In this document: one piece after another, positions 46,411 through 59,380 of the stretch
Numbering within the stretch: position 1 is the stretch's first letter
Layout: every line of letters starts with the position of its first letter
NCBI RefSeq assembly: GCF_030028105.1
Contig: NC_092382.1
Coordinates: 100,890,699-100,954,698, forward strand
Length of the DNA stretch: 64,000 nt
From: Mobula birostris
Lineage: Eukaryota
Direction: 5' to 3'
Program-made: the position numbers and the translations under genes
Notes under the pieces: generated by a model
What the model saw: only the letters and a program-made list of their open reading frames with translations
What the model was told of the DNA's origin: nothing
Database searches by the model: none

Positions 46411-49348
46411 TCCACCGTCCACAAGGTGGCGAGAACAGGAAATGACGTTTGCCGCTGTGGTCACGTCACGCGCAAAAGTCGTATGGTTGACCGCAGAGGA
46501 AATTTCGAGTACAGGAAATGTAAATTAAGCTAAGCCCATCTGCTAAGACCGGCCAACGGGAAGGAGGTGAATGGAGCAAAGAAATAATAAACCGACGGGT
46601 CCTGCATGTAAAAGGCCACAAGGCAAGGAGACATAAGATCAAAGGCCATTCGGCCAATCCAGTCTGTTCAACCGTTCCAACAGGAGTGATTTACTTCCCT
46701 CTCAACCCCGTTCCTTTGCCTTCTCCCCATAAACTTTGATGCCCTAACTAAGAACCTATCAAATTCCACCATAGATATATTCCATTACGACATCCACAGC
46801 CGTCTGGAGGCAAAGAATTCCACTGATCCATTACCCTCTCGTTAAATGAAACCCGCTTCATCTACATCCCGCAGGGACGTCCCTCCATTGTGAGGCTGTG
46901 CCCTCTGATCCTAGACTCCGACATGATGGGAGAGTTCCTCTTCAGGTCCTCTCTACCTCGGCCTTTCAATATTAGATAGATTTAAATTAGATCCCACCTC
47001 ATTCAAACAACCACAAGCGAGTCCAGACCCAGAGCCATCAAAGGTCGGGAGGTTATGTTGCATCTGCGTGAATTATTTGGTCACTCCTGAGACGAGATCT
47101 GAAGGATTATTCAATATGGACGGTTCCTTTAGGAAGGGAGAGAGAGCGGAGAGCGCGCGTGAGTGAAAGAGCAACAGAAACCTGTGAGTTGCCTTGGAAA
47201 CGGCAAGGCGGAGCTACATGATGGACAGCCGGTGTTCAGCTGCGGTGGAATATATACAAGGTGAACTGGCTTTGTAATCAGACACACCAGAGACCCGGAA
47301 GACACTGACACTGGTTGGGTTTGTGTGCCGACGACAAAGGTCGGGATTTTGCTCACAGTGTGGACAAAGGGGTGACCGGTGGAAAGCGATCGGTGTGTTT
47401 AACCCTCGCCTGGGTTGATAGCTGTACCGGGTGAAAACGGTGTTCTCTTCTGTGTGGTCACAGTCGGTGAGTTTCAGATGTTTCGGGAGCAGGAGGACGA
47501 CGTGGAAGACTCGACGGCATCGTCTCTGGGAAGACAAAACATCTCTCTCTCCACTCTACTCAATTCAATATCCAGAACTGAACTGACTTTGCCTATACCA
47601 TCGTAAGACCGTATCATTGATCACCTGAGCTGGGAGAAGTTAGGGAACTTTATTTACATACTTATGTATGCAAACACTCTGCTAACCTGTTTGCCTTGTC
47701 TGGTTTTATATTACCTTATCACGTAATGATTAATAAAATAGTGTTTATAACGAGAGACTCAGACTCCAGGTGGGTTCATCTCGCAGCGCGCACGGTTGAT
47801 AAGATCCCAACATCCCATGTCTCCTGTGCATCTGACATTCCTGCGTCACGGCGGGGGAAGATAAGGACTGTTTCACCGTCGACAAGGCGTAGCTGGAGCT
47901 AGAAAATGACGTTTGTTGTGGCGATTACGTCACACGTAGAATTCGCACGCTCGGCCACGGAGGAACGTACAAGATGGAACAGTACAATGCAGAAAATGAT
48001 GGGCTACCTCTGTACTGCAGGAATCCGGGACCCTAAAATCGGGATGTGGTCGAGAACTCTCAGCAGACCTGATGACATCTGAGAAGGGATCCCTGGGCCT
48101 AGCTGGGGAGGAACAAAGTGTCCCCAGGATGTACCCGTCTCTCCCATTTCTGTTGGCCTCTCGTTCCATATACTTGCCAGCACCTGCGTTAAAAATGGCC
48201 CCTTCAGACCCTTTTTGGGTCGCTCCCATCTCATAGTGAACCGATGCGTTGTAATGTATTATTTCCTTAGCATTCACTGTCCCTGTGCATCTCAAGATTT
48301 TTTTCATGCGTCTTTCGAGTTATCAGTATCGAGTTTACAATTCCGCAATCGATAGAGTTCTATATCACCACCTCTCCAATTAACTCAGTCCCTCGAGTCC
48401 TGGCACCTTCCTGCTAAAACATTCTTCCGGGTTTTCCAGCTGAATGACGTATTTCCTGTTGCAGGTTAGCCCGAAGTGCACACAGATTCCAGGTACAAGA
48501 TCACTAAATTCTTGTACGGTTGAAGCGAACTTATCTCTGTCTCTTTGAACTGTGTCCTTGAGGCCGCCTCAATACCCTCCTCTGCAAGTCGTTCCATACA
48601 CGGACCACTCTCCAGGAGAAAAGATGTCTCGGCTCCACGCTTGAATCTCTTCCTAATCTCAAAACCGTGCTCTCTAGTTCTTGATTTACGACACATCCTA
48701 CCCGGGTACGGGGGCACATTCACACTATCTGAGACCCTCCTGGTTTTATACACCTGTGTAAGATCAACCCTGGCCCAATTTCTTTTCCATAACGTAGTCC
48801 TTCGAGACCAGGCAGCATCCTCGTAACTCTTGCTCTGCACTCTTTCCGGCTCAGTGGCATCTTTCCCTACAGCAGGACGACCAAACATGAACACCGTCCT
48901 CCAAGTGCGGCCTCACCGACGTCTTGTACAACTGCAAATTGACCTCCCGACTCCCGTACTCAGTGCCCTGACTGACGAGGGTCTGAGTGTCAAATGCTTT
49001 CCTCGTCGCCGTGTCTGCTTGTGACTCCACTTTCCTGGAAGCATTTACCTCTGCTCCATGGTCCCTCTGTTCTGCAACGCTCACCAGTTCTCCAACATTC
49101 ACGGCGAAAATCATATCCCGTTCTAACTTCCCAAAACCTCTGCGCGTGTCTCCAGCTTCTCTTGTTCTGCCCGGCCCCAGAATTGATGTTCACTTTGATC
49201 TAACCGTCTCAGTCAGTCTTTATAATCCACGAAGATTTGCGAATACGTGGGAAAACCGGAGGAAGCCCAGAAGGTCACGGCGGAAATGAATGCGAACGCG
49301 TTAATATCCTGACGTTACCCGCTACGCTCCTCTACCGTGCCGCCCCGT

Positions 49349-50127
49349 ACGGAGTAAAACAGGTTCTGTATCTCTTTTCCCGGATACTGTCGGTACCAGT
49401 ATAGATAATTGCTAGCGTTACCGCCGTCTGGGATGCATTTCAGCTCCACGCTCCCGCCGGGAGATTTGGAGAGAGCCGGCGTGTCCTGGCGAGCGGACTG
49501 CGACGTCGCACCTGAGGTAGGGAACGGGAAGTGAAGAGAGTTAAATTAACCGGAAAACCCGAGTACGTGGGATCATTTGTTAAAGGGGAAGGCGAGATGT
49601 CGGGAAAAACGAACATCATTGAGGGATATGGAATGGAAACTCGTTCACACCGACACTGTTTACCGCCGAGCTCGTCCCATCTTCGGGTGTCCGGTCAAAA
49701 GACCCGTAAACCTTCTAATCCAAGAACTCATCTGTAAGTAGATGAAGTTTAAACTTCCCTAATATGTCCGCCAGTATTTCAGGCAGCTGCTTCGAACGAG
49801 TCGTCATCCGCTGATATCCGCTATAATTATTCCTCTCCCATAATAAACCCGTTCCGTCACGTTTTAAGTAGCCGTTCCCCTCTCACTTTAACTCCATCCC
49901 TTATCTTCGGCTACCCCGGGAATGAAATCCTAGTCGAAGGAACCTCTCCTTGTATCTCGGGCACGCAGAGACTGGCAAAATTCTGCGAAAACTTCCCTGA
50001 ACTCGTTCTAGTTTAACATCTTTCCAATAGCAAAGTGGCCGAACCCAGTTAAGGACTGAAGATTAATTATTGAGTTGGATTGTTTCTTACGCTGAAACAA
50101 CGGCGCCAGGACGAGGAACAGCAACAT
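49349..50127 (-). pseudogene. TRBV: V15, family C V pseudogene lacking its 3' half and RSS
   Basis: Leader 50127-50091 MLLFLVLAPLFQ; exon from 49511 reads to ..WYRQYPGKEIQNLFYS, then joins downstream flank matching 34390-34418. Confidence 0.88.
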
Positions 50128-50623
50128 CCTCTCTCCGGAATCCCGCTCTGTGTTGTGCGAGGGAGCGACTGGGGAAAAGCCCCGCCCATTCCGGGCATAT
50201 TGCCGGCTGCGGTCACCGTCTGATGTGGCGGGGCCAATCCGCGGTATGAAGAGGTGGGACTCGGCCCGAAACGTCGACGATATGTTCGCTTCCATATCTG
50301 CGCCCTGACCCGCTCGGTTCCCGCAGCACTTCCATCATTTGCAGACTTCCACGTGTTTCGAGCGTGATAAACTTCACCTAATCCATCAACAACTGCAGCT
50401 TCCCCAGCATCGAAGACAGCTTCAACAGGCGGACCTCAGTAAGGAAGCATCCAGCATCGACGACCCCCGCCGCCTAGGACGGGTCTCTTCTCATTACTAT
50501 CATCAAGGAGGAGGTACAGGGGTCTGAAGACACATATTCATCGATTCAGGAACAACTTCTTCCCCTGCTTTCCGATTGGCGCTTGAACCCATGAACACTA
50601 TCCCGTTAGTTTGCACTACATTG

Positions 50624-50691
<68 letters not shown>

Positions 50692-51281
50692 GTATCTGTC
50701 TGTCTGTCTGTTTAATGACATAGGTGTCTCTTTCTCTAACGATTTATTTATTTACTTCCGCATTGGTCTATTTCTGTATTTATTTGCTATTTATTGTTTG
50801 TTTGTTTGTTGATCTACGTAGTCGTTTATTTATTTATAATTGCTGTCATTTACAGTATATTTCATCTATTGAACGGGACTGCTGCCAAACCAACAATGGA
50901 TCGGCGGGCCGGCCGCCAGGAGAGCGGGAGCAAGTGTTGCAGGAGGAGCGGATGGTGACGGAATCTGATAGAGTCGGGAGTGGGGGTGGATTCAGCGGAG
51001 AAGAGCTGTCAGTGCCAGTCGATGTTGATCGCCCCGGACTCTTCACCGCTCCCATGTGAGGATTCGTTTCCTCAATTCACTGTCTCCTCCTTTGGCAACA
51101 GCTCGATAGGTCGTTTTCACCCTCGCACCTCGAGTTAATCTGGAACGATACCACTGCTTCTCAGTGTCACCTGCAGACTTGCTAATGATGCCTTGCACGT
51201 GTTTTTCAACAACCTTGTGCGTGTTCAGTGCAATGCAGATCAATGGTTCTCACACATCACCTGCTTCCTGTCGCCTGCGAA

Positions 51282-51320
51282 GGTTTTTGTCGGGCCCCGG
51301 CTTGTCTCTGAGCCACTGTG
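51282..51320 (-). other. Perfect 23-RSS of V16
   Basis: CACAGTG-23-ACAAAAACC. Confidence 0.95.
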
Positions 51321-52601
51321 AGTACTCCAGGCGCAGTAGTAGACAGCCGACTGGCCCGGGCGCAGGCTGGTGGAGTTGAGAATGAACGTGTTTGCATCGG
51401 GTCTCCGGGCAGTGAAGCCGTCCACAGCCTCCTGCTTACTGACGGTTTGGGTCGTTATGGAATGAAACATGTACTGAATCTCCTTTCCCGGATATTGTCT
51501 GTACCAGTAGAGATAATTGCTAGCGATACCGCCGTCCAGGATGCATTTCAGCTCCACGCTCTCGCCGGGAGATTTGGACAGAGCCGGCGTGTCCTGGCGA
51601 ACGGACTGCGACGTCGCTCCTGGGGAGGGGAACGAGATGTGGAGAGAGTTAAATGAACAGAAAGACCCGTGTACGTGGGATCTATGGTTAAAGGGGAGGA
51701 CAGAGTGTAGGGGAAAACGAACAAGGCGATCAGTTTGAGCAGATTTCGAGGAATTCGGTCAGTGGTAAATAACGCGAAAGAATTTGTTAAAAATAGCAAT
51801 ATATACGTTCTAAACAGCATAAAATATTAATATGATAATTATCTCTAAGTTCCTTGACTCATTCGGTATCCAAACGACAGGTCATGGATTACTGCAGTTC
51901 AGCAACACCGGGACCATCTTGATCTTTTTAAACTGAAACAGAACTGGTTTGACCTTTAGTCGTGAATGGTTTATATTGACGTCATTATTCCCCGTGAATG
52001 TTGCTCGTCTGGTGTTCTGTGCATTTGATACTGCCGCCCGTAAGTTGGTCAAACACAATAAACTCGACATTAACTTTGACATCGCCATGGGAACGGACCC
52101 CTTCAGCCGAACCCGGCCATGGTGTCACTGTTTACAACCGAGACCGTCCCAGCTGACCGTGTCCAGCCAATCGCCCTGTGACCCTCTCCTATCGATGCAC
52201 TTCTGTATAAGTAGATGATATTTAAACTTTGTTAACATGTCCGTCATTATTTCTAGCAACAACTAACCATCATCATCTGATGTCCCCTTTCAATCTCTCG
52301 ACTCCCATTCATAATCCCGTGCCGTCCCGTTTTAAGTACAGTACAGTTCCCGTCCCATTTTAAATCTGTGTCCGCATCCTCGATTTTGCTGGGAATGAAA
52401 TCCTAGTCCGGGCAATTTCTCCTTGATTCTTGGACACTCAGACCATTGCATTACCCTGGTAAATCTTTTCTGCACTCGTTCTATTTTAACATCTTTACGA
52501 TAATATAGTGACCCAAACCTGCTTAATGATTGAAGATTAATTGTTGTGTTAGATTATTTCTTACGTTGAAGCAACGGCGCCAGGACCAGTAACAGCAACA
52601 T
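51321..52601 (-). CDS. TRBV: V16, family C TCR V segment, apparently functional
   Basis: Leader 52601-52565 MLLLLVLAPLLQ; V exon 51619-51321 open: ..ELKCILDGGIASNYLYWYRQYPG..SAVYYCAWST. Confidence 0.9.
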
Positions 52602-52919
52602 CCTCTCTCCGGAATCCCTCTCTGTGTTGTGCGAGGTGGCGACTGGGGAGAAACGCCTCGTCTATGCCCCGCCCCATCCGGGCAAATTGCCGCCTGCAGT
52701 CACCGTCTGGTGTGGAGGGGCCAATCGGCAGTATCGGAAAATGCTGAAGAGGTGGGTGTCTGCAGGAAACGTCAACTGTCTGTTCATTTCCATGTCCGCG
52801 CTCAGACCTTCTCATATTATGTGTGTTGATTCAGATTTTCAGCATCAGCAGTTTCCGGTGTTTAGACAGTGGTGAACGCAATCAGCTCCGTCATCAACAA
52901 TAGCCTCTCCAGCATCGAG

Positions 52920-53976
52920 GGCATCTTCAAGGGGAGAACCCTCAAAAAGGCAGCAACCATCACTAGCGACCCCAACCACCAAGGATATACCCTCTTCGCA
53001 GTGCTGCCATCGAGGAGGGGGTACAAGAGACTGAAGACACATACTCAGCGATTCAGGAACAGCTTCTGCCCCTCCGCCATCTGATTTCTGATCGAAAAAT
53101 GAACATATAAACACGACCTCAGTATTTTTCCCNNNNNNNNNNNNNNNNNNNNNNNNNNNNNNNNNNNNNNNNNNNNNNNNNNNNNNNNNNNNNNNNNNNN
53201 NNNNNNNNNNNNNNNNNNNNNNNNNNNNNNNNNNNNNNNNNNNNNNNNNNNNNNNNNNNNNNNNNNNNNNNNNNNNNNNNNNNNNNNNNNNNNNNNNNNN
53301 NNNNNNNNNTGTTTCTGCTTAATTGTTTCCGCGTTTTTTTTTTCATCTGACTGTTTATTTATCTCGGTTTTTGTCTACTTATTGTTTGTTTAGCTGCGCG
53401 GTCGTCCGTTGATCTAATGTTTATTTATATTTATATTTGTTGTCTTTTTTTTAGTAAATTTGATCTATTAAAGCGGATTTCTAGCTTCAACTAACCATCA
53501 TCATCTGATGTCCCCTTTAAATCTCTCGCGTCCCATTAATAATCCCGTGCCGTCCGGTTTAAAGTATCAGTCCCCGTCCCGTTTTAAATCTGTGTCCTCA
53601 TCCTCGACTTTGCCGGGAATGAAATCCTAGCCCAGACAATCTCTCCTTGATTCTTTTCCATCATTTCCATCATTTGCAGCATTTCCATCATTTGCAGACT
53701 TCCACGTGTTTCGAGCGTGATAAACTTCACCTAATCCATCAACAACTGCAGCTTCCCCAGCATCGAAGACAGCTTCAACAGGCGGACCTCAGTAAGGAAG
53801 CATCCAGCATCGACGACCCCCGCCGCCTAGGACGGGTCTCTTCTCATTACTCTCATCAAGGAGGAGGTACAGGGGTCTGAAGATACATATTCATCGATTC
53901 AGGAACAACTTCTTCCCCTGCTTTCCGATTGGCGCTTGAACCCATGAGCACCACCTCGTTTGTTTGCACTACATTG

Positions 53977-54009
<33 letters not shown>

Positions 54010-55330
54010 CTTGTATCTGTCTGTCTGTCTGTTTAATGACATAGGTGTTTCTTTATCTAACGATTTATTTATTTACTTCCGCATTGGTCTATTGATGTAT
54101 TTATTTGCTATTTATTGTTTGTTTGTTTGTTGATCTGCGCAGTCGTTTATTTATTTATAATTGCTGTCATTTACAGTATATTTCACCTATTGAACCGGAC
54201 TGCTGGCAAGCCAACAAAGGATCGGCGGCCCGCCAGGAGAGCGGGAGCAAGTGTTGCAGGAGGAGCGCATGGTGACGGGATCCGATAGAGTCGGGAGTGG
54301 GGGTGGACACAGCGGAGAAGGGCTGTCAGTGCCAGTCGATTCTGATCGTCTCGGGTATGCACTTTGTAACACGCACACAATGCCGGAGGAACAACATCTT
54401 ATACTCCTCTGGGTAGCCTCCAGCCTGATGCATGAATATTGATTTCACTGACTTCCGGTAATGACACCACCCTCTCCCGCCCCCACCTGAACCACTCCGC
54501 ATCTCCTTTTCCCTGGACTTTGAGCACAGGAGATGAAGCATTATGTTATAGTTATATAAGGCGTTGATGAGGCTACTCGCAAGTAATGTGCGCATTTGTC
54601 AGGGGAAGGGGTTGTGGCAGTGCCTTAGTAACTTTGAGGAAGCAAGTGGAGCGGGGAGCATTGGGGAATTCCGGTTCGCTTGTTGGCACGTTTGGGCCAG
54701 TATCTGTGCCGTTCTGATTTATGACTCTACTTGGGGAGCAAGTGGGTTAGAATTTACTTGATTTTATACATCCGTCCAGCGGAGGGCGCTATAGCACCGT
54801 GCCCAATGCAATGAAGGTGACCCATAGCTTCTCAAAGGGGATTTCTATTTGGTCCCTATCCTGTCCCTCTGCACATTATGTCCTTCTATCAAAAAGAATG
54901 CCAAACGTCCGACACCATCCAAAAGTCGACAATCCTTGTATTCTCAGATTCACGAGGATGTAAAGCAGTGACTCACACCAGCGGTATCGATATCTGAGAG
55001 AAACGCGAAGCTTGGTTGTGTTGCGGGAAGTGCAACAGGTTGTCATTGCTTACAACGGGTCATGGTTAGAATGAAGAGCTGGACAGAGGAGAGTCCGATA
55101 GGTTTCCACCAAACAAGGCAAAGGAAGGATGCGGGAGCCCTGTCACAACCAGGACTCGGTTGCACAGCAGATTCGATAATTGTGCTAGTGGATATGTACA
55201 TATCAGATAATTACCTTATCACGGCGATATTTAACTCCCTACTTGTCGTTGTAGCTCTTGTCGATACTCGAGCAAAGCACAGCAACGCTACTCTGCCGGC
55301 TTGCATTTGGCCTTCCGTGAGAACAGTGGA
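52920..55330 (+). repeat. Left arm of an inverted duplication (right arm about 61510-64000+)
   Basis: Reverse-complement matches: 52920-53080 vs 63830-64000; 53470-53654 vs 63393-63590; 53700-54190 vs 62490-63025; 54540-54700 vs 62000-62160; 55165-55330 vs 61515-61680. Confidence 0.88.
53133..53329. other. Assembly gap (197 N)
   Basis: Run of N. Confidence 0.99.
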
Positions 55331-56004
55331 CTGACTCTGAGGACCTGAGGTATTCTGTTTGCGCTTGGATATTCGTTTCGGACGCGGTGTTCGCATCTCG
55401 TTTCATGTGTGAGAGTTTTAGTTAATAGCTCTGTTTTACCTTGCGTTCATGCTTTTCTGTTCTTTCCTTAAAATACTGTTCGCATTAAAGCCGCGTCTTT
55501 GTTTCCAGCTCTCTCAATCTCCCTCTCTCCACCCTCTCTCTCTCCATCAATCTCTCTATCTCTCACAATCTCTGTACCCTCTCTCTCTCTCTCTCTCCCG
55601 TCTCTCTGCCTCTTTCTCTCCGTCCTAATCGCCCTGAGACAGCCCTCTGACCATTAATTCGTGGTTTCCTGGGTATGCGCTTTGTTTCTTATCTGGCTGA
55701 TCTGAGAAATAAAAATCAATATTCTTCTGTTCCTCAAATCACAAACCGCCTCGCCCCTCCTCAGAGAAATCCCCGGCCGATCTCACACACTGCTCGGGCC
55801 GCAGTCAGTGAAGCAGAGCGCAGCCGCTCCCTCTACTCCGCTCCGCCCACCCCGATCCCGCCCTTCAGAACGGGCGGAGCAAATCAACCAATAGCAGTGT
55901 GAGGACGTCCGTCCATCAGGCCAGAAAGGGCGGGGCCTCCTGTCCGAACTCATTTCACCCCCGAAGGCCTCTCGGAAGCGTGAAGTCAAACCTTTGAGTG
56001 AAAT

Positions 56005-56486
56005 TTGCTGCTGTTTCTCCAGTTGATAATCCTGCTTCACGGTAAAACGTCGACCTCTTTTAGTTATTCCACAACCTATTATCTTTCGTTTTCGTTGGAT
56101 CTCCACCCTCATTTTTTCATCGTGTTTTCTTTCTACCGTTCCTATTTTTTTGTCCACTGTTGTGTTTTTTTCCTTATTGCATTTCAATCACCAAACATGT
56201 TTTATTGTTTTCTTCCCTTCCTTATCCACTTGACGCAGTCATCCCTTTCCATTCTCTGTCTGTACCCATCTGCCCATTTCTCCCTCTCCCTTTCTCCCTT
56301 ACTCTTCTTCACGTTCTCTGTCTTTCTATCTCATTTTCGCGATTAATCTGGGCAATATTTTAACTCTGTATTTTCCTCTTCATCTGCTCTTCTTTATTCT
56401 CTGACTCTCTTTCTCTCTTGCCTTTGTCCAATTCTTACTACATATCTCTCTTTCAAATTTAGCTCTCGCCCCTCACTCTCGTTCTC

Positions 56487-56531
<45 letters not shown>

Positions 56532-57088
56532 CTGATTCCCCCTGTCAGTCTTATCAGTTTACCTATCATATTGTCTGTCTTCTGGACCCAGAGCTTTTGT
56601 TTCACAGATCTCCAACCATCCTTCAATTTACTGACCATTCCCATGTATCTCCTCCGCTCCTCACCTATTCCGCCTCTCTACGCGGTCCGTCTAACCCCAC
56701 CCTCCATCCGCTCCCCGCTCCTCGGTTTTCCCGAATTATTTCCCGTTCTGTAGATTATTGACCTTGCCCTTCTCCCCGTCTCAGTTCAGGTATGAGCCCG
56801 CAGGCCATCGTTCAGACTCCTCCGGCCCTCACCGAGCATCCCGGGGAAAGTGTGACTCTGAGGTGCCTCAGAAAGGGCAGCAGCAGCGGTAACGCCTTCT
56901 GCTGGTACAGACAATACCCCGGGAAGGAGATTCACAACCTCTTTCACTCCGCGGGTGTCAACACCGTCTCCCCTCAGGAGGCCGTGGACGGATTCACCGC
57001 CCGGAGGCCGGGTGCCGAGACGTTTATTCTGACCTCTCCCGGCGCGCTGCCGAACCACTCGGCCGTCTACTTCTGCGGGTGGAGTCTT
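56005..57088 (+). pseudogene. TRBV: V17, family B V segment with open V exon but leader start ATG->TTG
   Basis: GAGTGAAATTTGCTG versus GAGTGAAATATGCTG in V6/V12; leader 56005-56041; V exon 56790-57088 open to SAVYFCGWSL. Confidence 0.75.
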
Positions 57089-57127
57089 CACAGTGACTCG
57101 GGGACACAGCGGCGCTGAATAAAAGCC
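57089..57127 (+). other. 23-RSS of V17 (weakened nonamer)
   Basis: CACAGTG-23-ATAAAAGCC. Confidence 0.85.
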
Positions 57128-57629
57128 TTCTAACGTGACAGGAAACAGCTGGCGGTGGGTTGGCCAGGAACAAGCATTTACTGTCTTCGCTATCTCTTAT
57201 CACACTCTCTTGTTCTTTCTCTCTTTTTTAGTTTTCGCTCTCACCTCTCGCTATTCTTCCCTCGCTCCCCGAGTTTCCTCTCCATGTCACCTCGGGTTGT
57301 AGTCTCACCCAACCTCAGTGGATAAACCCTGTTTTTATTTACACTATCTGCATCCGAGCGGCGACCAAGCACAGGGAGCGCCACGCCTTTGAAACAACCT
57401 CACGCCCATTCGCATTCTCCGCAGATCATTGGGCGACGGCGAGCCAATCACATCCCGCGTTTGCTCACATTGTCTGCGCTTGGCCGCAGCCCACATCCTG
57501 CGTCGATCGGGTGGGGGCTGGACTGAGAGCTCATCTCGCTCACTGACTCCGCGCTTCTGCTAGTCCACTGAGATCAGACACTGAGACAAGAGCCCACGTC
57601 GGGTCCACACGGGGCAGCAAATCCCCGAA

Positions 57630-58333
57630 ATGAGATTCCTCGCCCTTTTTCTGGGTCTTATTTTCAAATACCCCGGTAAGTAACTTCCACCTCGAATATT
57701 CGACCTTTCAACCAAGGATATCTGGAATTCCACAACTCTTTAAGATTTACATTTCGATCCAATTCCGTCATCGCCTGAATATTAGATATTTTAGTACAAT
57801 AAAATGTTTATTGTGTTCAAGAGTAGTTTGAGAAATAAATAATGCCTTGGCCAGTCTACATCTACAGATAACCAGGGGCTAGGAAGTAGTCGCGGACCGA
57901 ATGGAGAGCAGGTGCTCTTTTGCGCGGTCGTGCCACCGCTTTCCCTAACTCACCTCTCGCTAACTATTTCATCTCTCCTCTGTCTCCGGCTCCCTCTGCT
58001 CACTGACTGTTCTCTTCTCCCTGTGTTTGGCCAGAGGCGATTTCACAGAAGATCCATCAGACTCCGCAGGCTGTCTCCGCGCCTCCAGGGAAGGATGTCC
58101 AACTGAGCTGCACGCTATCCGGAGGCAGTAGCAACCCATACATGTTCTGGTACCGGCAATACGCGGGAGAGGCTCCACAGTACCTGTTCGAATCGGCTGG
58201 CACGAACTTTGTAACTCCGGACAGAGCCGTGGAGGGCTTCATCGCCAAGAGGCCCGAGGAAAAGACATTAATTTTGACAACCGACAAGATCTGGGCCAAT
58301 CAATCGGCCCTGTACCTCTGCGCCTGGAGCTGA
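57630..58333 (+). CDS. TRBV: V18, family A TCR V segment, intact except for TGA directly before the heptamer
   Basis: Leader 57630-57675 MRFLALFLGLIFKYP + GTAAGT; exon from 58035 EAISQKIHQTPQ..LSC..MFWYRQYAG..SALYLCAWS-TGA (58331-58333). Confidence 0.82.
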
Positions 58334-58372
58334 CACAGTGACTGAGAGAAATGGGCCGACGCGACAAAAACC
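58334..58372 (+). other. Perfect 23-RSS of V18
   Basis: CACAGTG-23-ACAAAAACC. Confidence 0.95.
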
Positions 58373-59341
58373 TCCACCGTCGACAAGGTGGGGAGAACAG
58401 GAAATGACGTTTGCCGCTGCGGTCACGTCACGCCCAAAAGTCGTATGGTTGACCGCAGAGAAATTTACGAAACGGAACAGTACAGGAAATGATGTAAATT
58501 AAGCTGAGCCCATCTGCATACGGTCCATGTTCCTCCATTCCCTACTCGCTCAGGTATCTGTCCATCTGTCTCTTATCACACCCGACACCTCCACCACCAC
58601 TATCAGGGCTTTTCAGGCAGCTCTGCACATCAGCAAATGTTAGGCAGGGAAACAGGTCCTTCTCCAAGGCCGTATGACCACTCAACTCTCTGCCGCCACC
58701 AAGGTCTCATAACCCATGAAGCGTCAGTAGCGTTACATTGTTTACTATCTGAACTCGTGTTGTCAAGGTGCCGCTGTCGTATCTACCTTCAACACCATTA
58801 CCACCCCTCGCAGATAATTCCAGGCACCCACCGCACTCTGTGTTGACAATGGAAACAACTTGCCCCGCATAACTCATTTGATCTCACCGTCATTGCAAGA
58901 AGATGATCATATTGTATCGGATTTATTGAGGGAAACGGTGCGGTGGCAGGCCTCTCGGGACATGTGATCAGTCCTACCCACCCGAACGTCTTTGAAATGT
59001 AGGAAGCTGTGTGAATGTGTGATCAAACCGGGGGACGACCAAGAGGTCACGTGGAGAACGTACAAACTCCTTATAGACAGCCTCGGAATTGAATCGAAGT
59101 GCTGTAACAGCGTCTCGTTGACCGTAACGCCCCTCTCGCATGTGTAAATATGTTTCTCCGGAACAGTATCCCGTCATTTGGCAAGATCTCGATGGGTGGT
59201 TTTGATCCCCGCACCTCGCGCTAATCTGGAACGATCCGTTCCTAATGATACCTTCTACGTGCTTTTTAACGAACAAGTGCGTGTTCCGTGCAGCATAGAC
59301 CAATGGTTCTTACAAAACACCTGCTTCCTGTCGCCGGCGAA

Positions 59342-59380
59342 GATTTTTGTTGGGCCCCGGCGTGTCTCTGAGCCACTGTG
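59342..59380 (-). other. 23-RSS of V19
   Basis: CACAGTG-23-ACAAAAATC. Confidence 0.9.
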
